Positions 25,795 through 35,274 of a stretch of DNA of 41,692 bases are shown one piece after another. Location of the stretch: positions 1 to 41,692 of the forward strand of contig DAOVDG010000003.1 in the NCBI GenBank assembly GCA_030669595.1, read 5' to 3'. This stretch comes from Candidatus Thorarchaeota archaeon. GTDB lineage: Archaea; Asgardarchaeota; Thorarchaeia; Thorarchaeales; Thorarchaeaceae. The position numbers and the translations under genes are program-made. The notes under the pieces were generated by a model. It was given only the letters and a program-made list of their open reading frames with translations. It was not told where the DNA came from and ran no database searches. The first letter of the stretch is position 1. The number at the start of each line of letters is the position of its first letter.

Positions 25795-27075
25795 CTATTC
25801 CGCGATTTTTGCAGTGATTACTGAATTCTCCTCGAGAGCGTCAGCAAGCACACCACCCTGTCTAGTCTTGATTCGGATAGAACTCTCACCATTGCGGCCA
25901 ATGACCGTTGTTAGAAGGTAGTGCTCATCAGCGAAGACCTCTATCCTCATTTTTGCGAACTTCCGACCAGCAGTGATTGTGACTTTCTTCTTGGAATAAC
26001 TTACACTAATGGGCACTGATTGCCCTGGGGTGCTTCGCTTGGGACCCCTACTGCGTTGCCTGACTTCGGGCCGCATTCCACCCCTCACAGGTACTATAAT
26101 CTTCTCGCCTCCAAACGAGAAAATCTCATGCTCAAGAACTCCCATCTCAAAGTCACGTATTTCTATAACCGGTCTTGCCAGATCTCTCTGACTACCGCCC
26201 ATGCCTGTAGGGAGTTTCACTTTGAGAGCGAGCGAGGATATTTTGGCAACGCGACCTGCTTCGATATGAAGGACAGTATCAACCGTACTGGGCAGCTGGC
26301 CAAGTTCGACTCTCCCGCCCAAGATAAGACGCTGAACTGCGTCAATGGCCGAACCGGCATGTACCACTCCCACCATGCCCACGCCTGCTGACCTGAGGTC
26401 TGAATACGCCTGAAAGTCAGCGTTTTTTCTGAGTTCATCGTAGATTACGTAGTCTGGGCGCACAAGCAATAGGATGTCTGCAGCCTTTTCCATACTGCCA
26501 TCTAACGGGGAATACTGCACGATGTCCTCTGTGACCTGAAGGTCTCGTGGCTGTTCAAGTGTCTTAACAACGTTACCTTTCCGACTGTAGAACTCTGCGA
26601 GAGCTGCAGCGAAAGTGCTTTTTCCTGAGCCTGGTGATCCGGAAACCAAGATGCCCTCAGCTCGAGTTTCGAGCCGTTTCATTAGTTTCGGGCTAAGCTT
26701 GTAGTCTTTAATATTCAGTTTGGTAATGGGACGAATTGCAGAGATTTCCATCTTGTCGGCGAATGGGGGCATGGCAATCGCGATTCTCAAATTTCTAAGC
26801 TGAACCACAGCAGCTCCGTGTTCCTCTATCTCTATGAATGAGGCTTTATCATATCTTGCGCTCTCCATTATCGCCTCTGCAAGAACTTCCAATTCCTCAT
26901 ATGTGAGAATCCTTTCGGACAGCTCAACAAGATCCCAATTGCCTGGTTCGCCACGTTTGGCCCTAGGCGGATTATTTTCAACGAGATGAACCGACATTGT
27001 ACGGTCATCAAAGAAGGCTTCAAGTTTCACAATCTCTTCGGTTTCGAATTCAGCTTCATCTGAAGTGTCTGTCAT
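25795..27075 (-). CDS. PINA-family (PilT/VirB11-like) ATPase apparently lacking PIN and KH domains
   Basis: FFDDRTMSVHL, RIAIAMPPF, GSPGSGKSTFA, LLVRPDYVIYDELR, AGVGMVGVVHA, DLARPVIEIRDF are PINA motifs. Confidence 0.85.
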   Translation of the reverse strand: MTDTSDEAEFETEEIVKLEAFFDDRTMSVHLVENNPPRAKRGEPGNWDLVELSERILTYEELEVLAEAIMESARYDKASFIEIEEHGAAVVQLRNLRIAIAMPPFADKMEISAIRPITKLNIKDYKLSPKLMKRLETRAEGILVSGSPGSGKSTFAAALAEFYSRKGNVVKTLEQPRDLQVTEDIVQYSPLDGSMEKAADILLLVRPDYVIYDELRKNADFQAYSDLRSAGVGMVGVVHAGSAIDAVQRLILGGRVELGQLPSTVDTVLHIEAGRVAKISSLALKVKLPTGMGGSQRDLARPVIEIRDFEMGVLEHEIFSFGGEKIIVPVRGGMRPEVRQRSRGPKRSTPGQSVPISVSYSKKKVTITAGRKFAKMRIEVFADEHYLLTTVIGRNGESSIRIKTRQGGVLADALEENSVITAKIAE

Positions 27076-27710
27076 TCACTTTCACCACCACGATTCTCTA
27101 GAATTGTCTGTGAAACTCTGTAATAGTTCACTTCACCATTTTGGTCTACAATGGCGAATACTAGTTTTTTCCTAGCAGCAGAGGCAGCCTCCGTTACTCT
27201 GTCCAATTCATCGAGAGTTATGGGAACCCCCTCCTTGAGTACGTAAATCAGCTGTTTCGCTGGTGTTGTGCCGGGTTTATCTCCACGTGCGTAGACTCGA
27301 AAGCCCAATCCTCCTCCGAATCCCTGACGGACTGCAAACCCCCTACTCCTGAGGTCTCGGAAAACCAAGTAATTGACCCAAAGCTCGGGGTCTCTCTCCA
27401 TCAACGCACTAACAATATAGCTCATTTGGATTCTCTTTCCGGCAGCATTCTTGGCAACAACCCTCTTCCAATCAATCAAGTGAATGAGCTCGACCGACTC
27501 AAGCTCCAGCCTGCCATCGTCAAGTCTGACACCATAGAAACCCTGACGTGATATCCGGTCTGCATCTTCCTCGGCAACATAGCCTTTCTGCCCATCGAAA
27601 ATGGCTTCAGCTGGTTCAGCTTCCGGTTCTGGAGGTTCTTCCACAACCTCATTGTCGTTGAATGGATCAATTGGCTCTAGATTTGGGTCTTCTCCGCTGT
27701 CATCTGACAA
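27072..27710 (-). CDS. endA: tRNA-splicing endonuclease subunit (EndA fold), probably structural/non-catalytic
   Basis: LELESVELIHL, YLVFRDLRSRGF.VR.G...FRVYARG, ARKKLVFAIVDQNGEVNYY; catalytic His position is Pro. TTG start at 27710 inferred (ORF is open to 27782). Confidence 0.85.
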   Translation of the reverse strand: MSDDSGEDPNLEPIDPFNDNEVVEEPPEPEAEPAEAIFDGQKGYVAEEDADRISRQGFYGVRLDDGRLELESVELIHLIDWKRVVAKNAAGKRIQMSYIVSALMERDPELWVNYLVFRDLRSRGFAVRQGFGGGLGFRVYARGDKPGTTPAKQLIYVLKEGVPITLDELDRVTEAASAARKKLVFAIVDQNGEVNYYRVSQTILENRGGESE

Positions 27711-27812
27711 TTCTTGATCGCCTGTTTTACCTAGGCCCGGACGTTCCTGTGAAAAACCCTTCGACACGCCAGATGACAACAACTAATAACCGACTCAAGA
27801 AACTGCAGGTTC

Positions 27813-28316
27813 GTGACCGACATCGGGGCCAGCCTGAAGGAGTTCATATCCGGTATAAGACGTATTGCTGTCCTAGGAATTGGAAATGAGCTGCGGACGG
27901 ACGACGGCATCGGTCCATTCATCATTGAGGGGCTGAACGTGGAGAGTCCAAGCCTGATGATTGAGAATGTTGGATCGGTTCCTGAGGCCTTCGCACGACC
28001 GCTTGCAGAGTTTAAGGCTGAAAGAATCATAATGATAGATGCCGCAGATATGAAAAAACCGCTAGGTCATATCGAGTTAATCACAAAAGACCGGATAGGT
28101 GGGATTGCGATAAGTACACACAGCATGCCTTTGTCCTTTCTAATGATGTATCTGGAGCAGGAAACTGGTGCTCAGACGATTCTTCTTGGGATTCAACCCC
28201 AAGACATCCAATTCGGGGAGGGACTGACCCCTGAGATAAGCAAGGTCGCTCAGAAGATTATTAGCACATTAAACATTCTACTTTCCGACCATGTGCGAGG
28301 GCTGAAAGATGTTTAG
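27813..28316 (+). CDS. hycI: Hydrogenase maturation endopeptidase HycI family
   Basis: VLGIGNELRTDDGIG, VPE, IDAAD, STHSMPL, LGIQP..FGEGLTPE. Confidence 0.9.
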   Translation: MTDIGASLKEFISGIRRIAVLGIGNELRTDDGIGPFIIEGLNVESPSLMIENVGSVPEAFARPLAEFKAERIIMIDAADMKKPLGHIELITKDRIGGIAISTHSMPLSFLMMYLEQETGAQTILLGIQPQDIQFGEGLTPEISKVAQKIISTLNILLSDHVRGLKDV

Positions 28317-29346
28317 AACAATCGAGTGGCTTGACGAAGAGCAGGCGGTCAGACTTGTCGACCAGACAAAGCTGCCTTTGGTGACTGGACATATCATCAC
28401 CGAAAGTCATGAGCGAATTGCTTATGCTATCAGAATAATGGAGGTTCGTGGTGCTCCTGCCATTGGGGCCGCTGCAGGAATGGGAATGGCACTGGCCGCA
28501 ATCGAGAGCAACTCGAAAACAAAGGATGAGCTACTAGATTTCCTTGAAACGGCTGCTGTAACATTGAATACACGACCAACCGCTGTCAATCTCACTTGGG
28601 CCACATCACGTATGCTCAGTGTGGCACGAAACAGCGAAGGCAGTGCGGACGACATAGTCACGATTCTGGTTGATGAAGCCAAAGAAATCGCTGAGGAAGA
28701 TGTTCGTATGTGCAGAAGCATAGGTGAACATGCATTACCTCTGATTAAGCCCGGCTTCACAATTCAGACAATATGTAATGCAGGGTCTCTTGCGACGGTA
28801 CATCTTGGTACAGTAGGCGCTGTAATTCGCGTGGCTCACGAGAAGTATGATGGAAACATTAAAGTCTATGCAGCCGAAACGCGACCTAGACAACAGGGTG
28901 CCAGACTGACTGTTTTCGAACTAATGGAGGACGGAATAGATACAACACTCATAACAGATGGCACAATCGGTACGGTGTTTCGTGAAGGGCGAATTGATTG
29001 TTGTGTGGTTGGTGCTGATAGAATACTAAGAACAGGCCATGTGACCAACAAAATTGGAACATATACAATGGCAGTCACTGCGAAATATCATAACATACCA
29101 TTCTACGTTGCAGCCCCAATGTCCACAATTGACATGCAAACTAATGCAGATGACATTGAGATCGAGGAGCGTAATGGAAATGAAGTTCGAATGATAAACG
29201 ACGAGTATATCACGGTTCCATCTGCCAAGGTGTACAACCCAGCATTTGACACGACACCTCCTAATCTTATCACAGCTATAATCACAGACAAGGGAGTCGT
29301 AAGGAATCCTAACGAAAACAGAATGCGCAAAATGCATGAATCTTGA
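28309..29346 (+). CDS. mtnA: S-methyl-5-thioribose-1-phosphate isomerase (eIF2B-alpha-like family)
   Basis: DQTKLP, MEVRGAPAIG, RPTAVNL, CNAGSLAT, ETRPRQQGARLT, NKIGTY, NPAFDTTP. Confidence 0.92.
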   Translation: MFRTIEWLDEEQAVRLVDQTKLPLVTGHIITESHERIAYAIRIMEVRGAPAIGAAAGMGMALAAIESNSKTKDELLDFLETAAVTLNTRPTAVNLTWATSRMLSVARNSEGSADDIVTILVDEAKEIAEEDVRMCRSIGEHALPLIKPGFTIQTICNAGSLATVHLGTVGAVIRVAHEKYDGNIKVYAAETRPRQQGARLTVFELMEDGIDTTLITDGTIGTVFREGRIDCCVVGADRILRTGHVTNKIGTYTMAVTAKYHNIPFYVAAPMSTIDMQTNADDIEIEERNGNEVRMINDEYITVPSAKVYNPAFDTTPPNLITAIITDKGVVRNPNENRMRKMHES

Positions 29347-29367
29347 ATGTGGGTTTCTAGAGAGGGA

Positions 29368-30324
29368 ATGCCTAAAAGGTTCAGGAAACGTAAGGGAAGT
29401 GCTGAGATCTTGAGCAGTGTTCTTGTCGAGTTTCGGACTATTGATGGGGAAATCAGCCATGTGCCTTTCAACAAAAGTGAAACTAAGATCAATCTATCAG
29501 AAACAGGCATAGTTTCTATAGATTTGTCGACATTTTGCGAGTTTTTGACATTGGAATCACTGAATCTCTCCCGAAATCATTTGGAGCATCTTGACCTAGG
29601 GCCTCTCAGTCAGAACAATCAACTTGAATCCTTAGACCTCAGTCACAATGCATTGATAAAAATAGACCTCAGTCCGCTAAGCAAGCTTAAGAATCTCAAA
29701 AGACTATCACTATCATACAATCCTTTCGCAGAGCTGAGCTTTGCCCCATTTCAACATTATACCGGCCTGCAGACACTTAGGCTCACAAATGTTGGGCTGA
29801 AAGAGGCAGATCTCTCATTCTTGACGCAATGCACCAAACTGCAGCAGGTTTCATTGGCCTTCAATAATCTGAATCAAATAGACCTCGCACCTCTGGCTTC
29901 ATGTCGGAATCTGCAGATGCTTTCAATCAACAAGAACCAACTCGAATCCATCGACCTGACTCCTCTCAAATCCTGTCCTAATTTAGCTACATTGAACCTC
30001 AGTGATAACCAGTTGTCCGAGATAGATTTGACATCACTCCAAGAATGTTCCAAGTTCTACTCTCTGATTCTATTCAAGAACAAACTGCAAGAGATTGCTC
30101 TTGAGCCAATCGGACAGATAGAAACTCTAAGGGGTCTCAATCTAGCTTACAACGAGCTACAAAGTGTTGATTTGAGGCCTTTGTCCCAATACTCTCAAAT
30201 GAAGGAAATTCATCTTTACGGCAATCCGCTTGAAGAACTTGACAAGCCGGATGTTGCAAATCCCGGTCTGATGTTGAAACCACCTGAAGGAAGAAGCATC
30301 TCACAGAATTCCTCGTACAACTGA
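29368..30324 (+). CDS. Leucine-rich repeat protein (about 11 repeats of 22 aa)
   Basis: Repeated LxxLxLxxNxLxxIDLxPL units. Confidence 0.92.
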   Translation: MPKRFRKRKGSAEILSSVLVEFRTIDGEISHVPFNKSETKINLSETGIVSIDLSTFCEFLTLESLNLSRNHLEHLDLGPLSQNNQLESLDLSHNALIKIDLSPLSKLKNLKRLSLSYNPFAELSFAPFQHYTGLQTLRLTNVGLKEADLSFLTQCTKLQQVSLAFNNLNQIDLAPLASCRNLQMLSINKNQLESIDLTPLKSCPNLATLNLSDNQLSEIDLTSLQECSKFYSLILFKNKLQEIALEPIGQIETLRGLNLAYNELQSVDLRPLSQYSQMKEIHLYGNPLEELDKPDVANPGLMLKPPEGRSISQNSSYN

Positions 30325-30350
30325 CACGATTCTATCTTGAACAGAGAAGA

Positions 30351-30656
30351 ATGAAGCAGGCCTTCGCTACCGTGACTGAAGGGATTGATGTAATTGAGAG
30401 CACTGACCAGGAAAAGGTGGTTCATAGGCGCAGGCTGGTCGATGCTCTGATTGTCAAGGCGGAGGTGCTTATGGAGGTGAGGCATTCCTCTGGTACCACT
30501 GCAGACTACGGGTATGTCAGAGGACTACTTAGGAGAGCAAGGGAGATTGTCTTGGCCTTGAAATTCTACGATAAGCTGGGCAAAGAAGATCAGAAGACCA
30601 TGAATCGCATAGACGCAATTCAGACTAAGCTTGAATCTATGGATACCGGGTTTTAA
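30351..30656 (+). CDS. Hypothetical helical protein
   Basis: 101-aa ORF with ATG start, co-oriented with the upstream genes. Confidence 0.5.
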   Translation: MKQAFATVTEGIDVIESTDQEKVVHRRRLVDALIVKAEVLMEVRHSSGTTADYGYVRGLLRRAREIVLALKFYDKLGKEDQKTMNRIDAIQTKLESMDTGF

Positions 30657-30843
30657 TCAGACAGCAGGCAATACCCCAAATGCGATTAATTCGATTCGCA
30701 CAGAAACAATCTTGCAGCCATCTCATATCTATACCTAAGGGTTTTTTGGAAAATCCTGGGATTTTGAATTCATCTAGATGTATCGCACATGACGCGAAAG
30801 GGAAGTCCTTAAGAGTCGTTCAAGCTGAGCTAGAGTGAATTCA

Positions 30844-30921
30844 GGGCGCGTAGTCTAGTCTGGATAGGGCGCCAGCCTTCGAAGTTGGACGTCCCAGGTT
30901 CAAATCCTGGCGCGCCCGCCA
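30844..30921 (+). tRNA. tRNA-Arg(TCG), intronless
   Basis: GGGCGCG/CGCGCCC-GCCA; CCAGC-CTTCGAA-GTTGG; CCAGG-TTCAAAT-CCTGG. Confidence 0.95.
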
Positions 30922-32505
30922 TTCTCATTTTCAATTTCTCCTCTTCCTACCATCAATGGAGCCCTGTAGAATGAGTCGAATGACAGAAAAAAGCCAGAAT
31001 TCCATCTCTTCGATGTTGCATTTCATACATCCCGCAAGAAAACCGATGCTGATAGCGATCACATCGAGTGTAAACTAACGGGCTTTTTCCACAAAGCTGC
31101 TTTCTTCGGACAAATTATTAGCAACAGGGTACAAATCACGGTTGAGGGGAAGGTAAACCATTGATTGCGATTCCGTATCCAGTGAAACATGCAAGGTGGT
31201 TGAAAGTCCTAGTTTATTCGGTCATTCTTCTATGCTCTATTGTCGGGACAGTTAACCTGACCGTTTCTCTGGAAACCTACGATAGAGAACCAGTGGCAAT
31301 CTGGGAGGAACTGGAAAATCCGTGGCGCGATACAGGCGATGCTCTCTACGACATTGCCTTCCTTAATTCATCTCACGGGTGGGCAACTGGAAAGGGAGAT
31401 GTTGGGACAGGGAGAGGGGAAGGTGGCTGGGGAGTTGTGCTACAAACCAAGGATGGAGGAGATACGTGGACCCTATCCTATTCGAACCGGAGTATTCATC
31501 CTAACTTCATTGAGATTGTTGATTCCGATACGGTATGGATTGCTACAGCCAGAGGGCTCCTGAACACGTCTGATGGTGGTAGAACATGGTATATGGACCA
31601 CGCAGAACCTGGGTCCTATCGCACCGTGGCATTCAAGAACTCCACGCATGGTTGGACAAGTAGAAAAAGGGAACTCCTCCATACTGTAGATGGAGGGCAC
31701 ATCTGGAAGCTTGTCGAATCCTGGTCCTTTGATACAAGGCTCTACCAGATTCGTTTTGTGGGAAAACAACTGATGTGGGCTGGGGGGTATGATGGAATAT
31801 TCCACAGCCAAAATGGGGGACAGACTTGGACTCAGCAATCCAATGAAACAGCCCTTGGTCTTGCAATAGTAAGTGAAACTGAGGGATGGGCTTGTTACTT
31901 AGACCGTCATCTCTCACACATGATAGATGGACAATACTGGATTGAAAAGTATCCACCCAGTAGAGTGTCCTATTACTGGGCGCCTTCGCACTATACGGAT
32001 CTAGAATTCATCAACTCCAAACAGGGTTGGATGGTGGGGTCTATCGTGGGTGTCGCTTATACTCCAGATGGGGGATTGAACTGGTATGAACAAAAGCTAC
32101 CCCCGCGCTGGAGTGGTCTAAAGGCTGTAGACTTCATCAATGAAACACATGGCTGGGCTGCTGGATGGGATGGAAACATATACCGTACAAGAACAGGCAA
32201 TCAATATGGTAAAAGGTTGATAGGGGAGGGGTACGTGATAGAGTTCATGATGGGAGGTAGGGTTATTCCAAGGAGCACTGTGGTATGGGTTATTCTGGTT
32301 GCCTTTGGTGGAATTGCATCACTTCAATTGCTTGAGAGATATCTGGAAAAGAGAAAAGCTGAGCCAATTCAAGCATCCCTGAGGATTCAATGGTAGGATT
32401 GTGTGCCGAAAGGTTAGCAATCTAAATATCAATAGTCCCCAATAGACGAAAGATAAGAGTAGAGTCATCCCTAATCTAAACCCTTGAATCCTGGCGCGCC
32501 CGCCA
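30903..32505. mobile_element. Small tRNA-targeted islet bounded by 19-bp direct repeats AATCCTGGCGCGCCCGCCA (30903-30921 and 32487-32505)
   Basis: Exact duplication of the tRNA-Arg(TCG) 3' end; one cargo gene; no integrase. Confidence 0.75.
31161..32396 (+). CDS. YCF48/BNR(Asp-box)-repeat beta-propeller protein, N- and C-terminally membrane anchored
   Basis: Repeated T.DGG.TW Asp-boxes and F.N..HGW motifs; hydrophobic N- and C-terminal segments. Confidence 0.85.
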   Translation: MIAIPYPVKHARWLKVLVYSVILLCSIVGTVNLTVSLETYDREPVAIWEELENPWRDTGDALYDIAFLNSSHGWATGKGDVGTGRGEGGWGVVLQTKDGGDTWTLSYSNRSIHPNFIEIVDSDTVWIATARGLLNTSDGGRTWYMDHAEPGSYRTVAFKNSTHGWTSRKRELLHTVDGGHIWKLVESWSFDTRLYQIRFVGKQLMWAGGYDGIFHSQNGGQTWTQQSNETALGLAIVSETEGWACYLDRHLSHMIDGQYWIEKYPPSRVSYYWAPSHYTDLEFINSKQGWMVGSIVGVAYTPDGGLNWYEQKLPPRWSGLKAVDFINETHGWAAGWDGNIYRTRTGNQYGKRLIGEGYVIEFMMGGRVIPRSTVVWVILVAFGGIASLQLLERYLEKRKAEPIQASLRIQW

Positions 32506-32508
32506 CGC

Positions 32509-32727
32509 CTAATTCTTGCCTAATTTCTTGGTCCAAACTTCAATGAAGTACTCAAGAGATCTGTCGAAGGTTTTCTCGGCTTCAGGTGGAAAGAGGCATC
32601 CTGGTAGCTCACGGTGCGCCCAATGAAACTCTATACACTCGCAACAGATTCCCTTTTTTGAACATCCGGGATAGGTGCAACCACACCGCTCTTTGTTTCT
32701 CTCGACGTTACAGATTCTGCCAGTCAT
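32509..32727 (-). CDS. Small Cys-rich protein (DUF6485-like)
   Basis: CGCTYPGCSKKGICCECIEFH...LPGCLFP..EKTFDRS. Confidence 0.75.
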   Translation of the reverse strand: MTGRICNVERNKERCGCTYPGCSKKGICCECIEFHWAHRELPGCLFPPEAEKTFDRSLEYFIEVWTKKLGKN

Positions 32728-32820
32728 TTCTAGCCCCGTCAGTGCCTTGAGCAAGCCGGTTAAAACATAATTGGTCTGGTCGGCAGGCTAATAGACAGGA
32801 ACAGCCAATCTGCTATCGTC

Positions 32821-33600
32821 ATGGACCTTGTGAAGGAACTCGGTAACGATCTCACCGGAGTTGACGGCATCAAACTGAATCCTGCAAGAGCGCGAGCTCT
32901 AGAGAATCTTCTCACGCAGAACTTTGGTCCAGATGTTGAAGTCAGACTGATTCGGCGCTTCAAGAGCAAGAAGAACGTGGTCATTCACATAGGTATGGGC
33001 CCAGATACCGCTGGGCTAGGTCTTGTAGCAAAGATGTTCGTCACAGAGCATTTCAAAACAGACTTGATGGCACTGAAACTGAGTCATGAGAATGGACTTG
33101 CTGTACCCAGAGTCGTTGACGCTGACGATGGAGTCATTCTCATGGATTTCATTTTCGGAGAACCTCTAACTGAACGAATCAACAGAACGTTCGAATCCAC
33201 CCTGATAGACGACTTGGCCAAGTGGTATTACGATTATCATTCCATCCGCGACATGATAAAGGGCGACCCCCGTCTACGTAACTTCATCTGTGCTGAGAAT
33301 GCACTTGTTGGACTAGATTTTGAAGAAACAATACAAGGTCACTGGATTCTTGATATTGGCGGGGTCAGCGCAAGTCTACTCGACACGAAGCCAGTTTTCG
33401 ATTCTAGAAAGAGGAAACTGGTATGGCATTTGCTTGAAGAATACCTTTCATTACGTGGCAAGGAACGGAGCAAGAGCGTTGATGACCTGTTCATCACAAC
33501 TGTTTCGGAAGCCCTGAAACGCACAGCTTACTGGCGCAAGGACAATGACATTCTAGCACTTGCAGACCAAGTCAGGGAGAGTGGGATTCCGGTCGACTAG
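32821..33600 (+). CDS. Protein-kinase-like phosphotransferase (APH/Kdo/Bud32-like fold)
   Basis: VAKMF (beta-3 Lys), GLAVPRV, catalytic loop KGDPRLRNF, LDFE. Confidence 0.75.
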   Translation: MDLVKELGNDLTGVDGIKLNPARARALENLLTQNFGPDVEVRLIRRFKSKKNVVIHIGMGPDTAGLGLVAKMFVTEHFKTDLMALKLSHENGLAVPRVVDADDGVILMDFIFGEPLTERINRTFESTLIDDLAKWYYDYHSIRDMIKGDPRLRNFICAENALVGLDFEETIQGHWILDIGGVSASLLDTKPVFDSRKRKLVWHLLEEYLSLRGKERSKSVDDLFITTVSEALKRTAYWRKDNDILALADQVRESGIPVD

Positions 33601-33717
33601 TCCTAGGATGTTCAATCTCACAGAAATGTCATCCCCAAACGTTCATATTCTGGTACCTTGCTGATATGCACAGCCAAACATATCACTCCACTGTTTTGGT
33701 CGCGTAGGCGTGACACG

Positions 33718-35274
33718 ATGGAACTGCAAGCAAAAGCATTGGCCGCATTGGTATTAATCATTGTAGCCAGTGGTACCGCAATTTTCCTTTTCGCGTTTCA
33801 AAGTGCAAGGAACAATCCAGTAGTTCTTGTAGAGGGCGGGTACATCACTTCACAGGATTCCGAGTTGGTCACTGTTAGAGCAATGGGACTAGATGTGAAT
33901 ATAACTCTGGTATGGGAGAATGACCTTGGTGTGGGCAGCTTTGTTGTCAATATCACCAATATAGATGTGGTTCGGGTAGAGATCATATCCGAGGCAGATG
34001 TTACATCAGTAGCCAGTGGAACCTCCTTTGAAGTACTTGATGTGAGTACTACCGAGGTTGATGCTCTAATTCAGATACGAGTGCCTTATGTAGGGAATAC
34101 TATCACTTTCTATGTCTTGGGCGACTCACAGGGCTATCAAGGGGGAATTGAGCAAGTTGCGGATGATGCAAATATGAATCGACCAGATTTCGTATTTCAT
34201 TGCGGTGACCTTACTCCTTTCGGCCAAGAGGCCCAGTATCTAGATGTCGTGGACGCACTGAATGGTTGTAATGTTCCGGTGTTTGCAACAGTTGGAAATC
34301 ACGACATTCGTCTAGGTGGGGGTGATCGATATCTCCAACACTTTGGCCCATCGACATACAGTTTTGACTTTGGTCCAGCACACTTCGCAGTCTTCAACAC
34401 CTCAGATGGCGATGTTGCCGAAGATGAGATCCAATGGTTGACCAAGGATCTCACCGAATCCAGCGCAGAATGGAAATATGTGTTTACACATATGCCTCCA
34501 TTCGACCCCCGGCCTGAAGCAAACCACTCGATGTTCAATTCGACAACTGTTGAACGGCTCAAGGACATCTTTGAAGATAGTGGGGTTGATGCGGTCTTCA
34601 CCGGACATATCCATCTGTTCAACAATAGCGTCGTTGAGGGCGTTCGCTACATCATTACAGGCGGAGCCGGGGCCAGTCTCTATGCTGCTCCTGAAGATGG
34701 TGGCATCTATCATTATGTGGAAGTCACAATCGTCGGGTCATTGCAGACAATCGGAGCAGTGACTCTTGATTCACCATCAGTAGAGCGAAACATGATTCTC
34801 GTTAGAGGCATTGACGAAGATGTTACACTAAACGTAGATGACTTACTGGCTATGCCCATTGCCGAAGGCTATTCATCATTCCAAAATCGATACGACAACT
34901 GGCGAGGCCAGGGCACCTACCGCGGAGTCCAACTTTCGAACCTACTTGACCTAGTAGGTGGAATGACCGTTTCGGATCGTCTAAGAGTGTCTTCTAGCGA
35001 TGGCTACGAGCAATACTTCAGCTACTGGAATGTCTACCCTAATGCCTCGTGGCTATCGATTCAAGGCGACATGATCTTGGCCTTTGAGTTCAATGGGTCG
35101 GTGGTTCCGGAATGGTCTAACGGCATGAGATTGGCGATGATGCCATCCGACGGAGGCTACAGTAACTATGATTGCCAAGCGACATCGGCACCTGACATGG
35201 GATGGCACGTTTATCCCTCTGCAGGCTCCCGATGGGTGAGATACGTTGAAACAATCGAGGTGGTTTCGAGTTGA
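33718..35274 (+). CDS. Membrane-anchored calcineurin-like metallophosphoesterase with C-terminal molybdopterin-oxidoreductase-like domain
   Basis: N-terminal TM; GDSQ, GDLT, GNHD, HMPP, GHIH metal motifs; C-terminal YRGVQLSNLL...SSDGY...LAFEFNG...WVRYVETIEV. Confidence 0.8.
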   Translation: MELQAKALAALVLIIVASGTAIFLFAFQSARNNPVVLVEGGYITSQDSELVTVRAMGLDVNITLVWENDLGVGSFVVNITNIDVVRVEIISEADVTSVASGTSFEVLDVSTTEVDALIQIRVPYVGNTITFYVLGDSQGYQGGIEQVADDANMNRPDFVFHCGDLTPFGQEAQYLDVVDALNGCNVPVFATVGNHDIRLGGGDRYLQHFGPSTYSFDFGPAHFAVFNTSDGDVAEDEIQWLTKDLTESSAEWKYVFTHMPPFDPRPEANHSMFNSTTVERLKDIFEDSGVDAVFTGHIHLFNNSVVEGVRYIITGGAGASLYAAPEDGGIYHYVEVTIVGSLQTIGAVTLDSPSVERNMILVRGIDEDVTLNVDDLLAMPIAEGYSSFQNRYDNWRGQGTYRGVQLSNLLDLVGGMTVSDRLRVSSSDGYEQYFSYWNVYPNASWLSIQGDMILAFEFNGSVVPEWSNGMRLAMMPSDGGYSNYDCQATSAPDMGWHVYPSAGSRWVRYVETIEVVSS

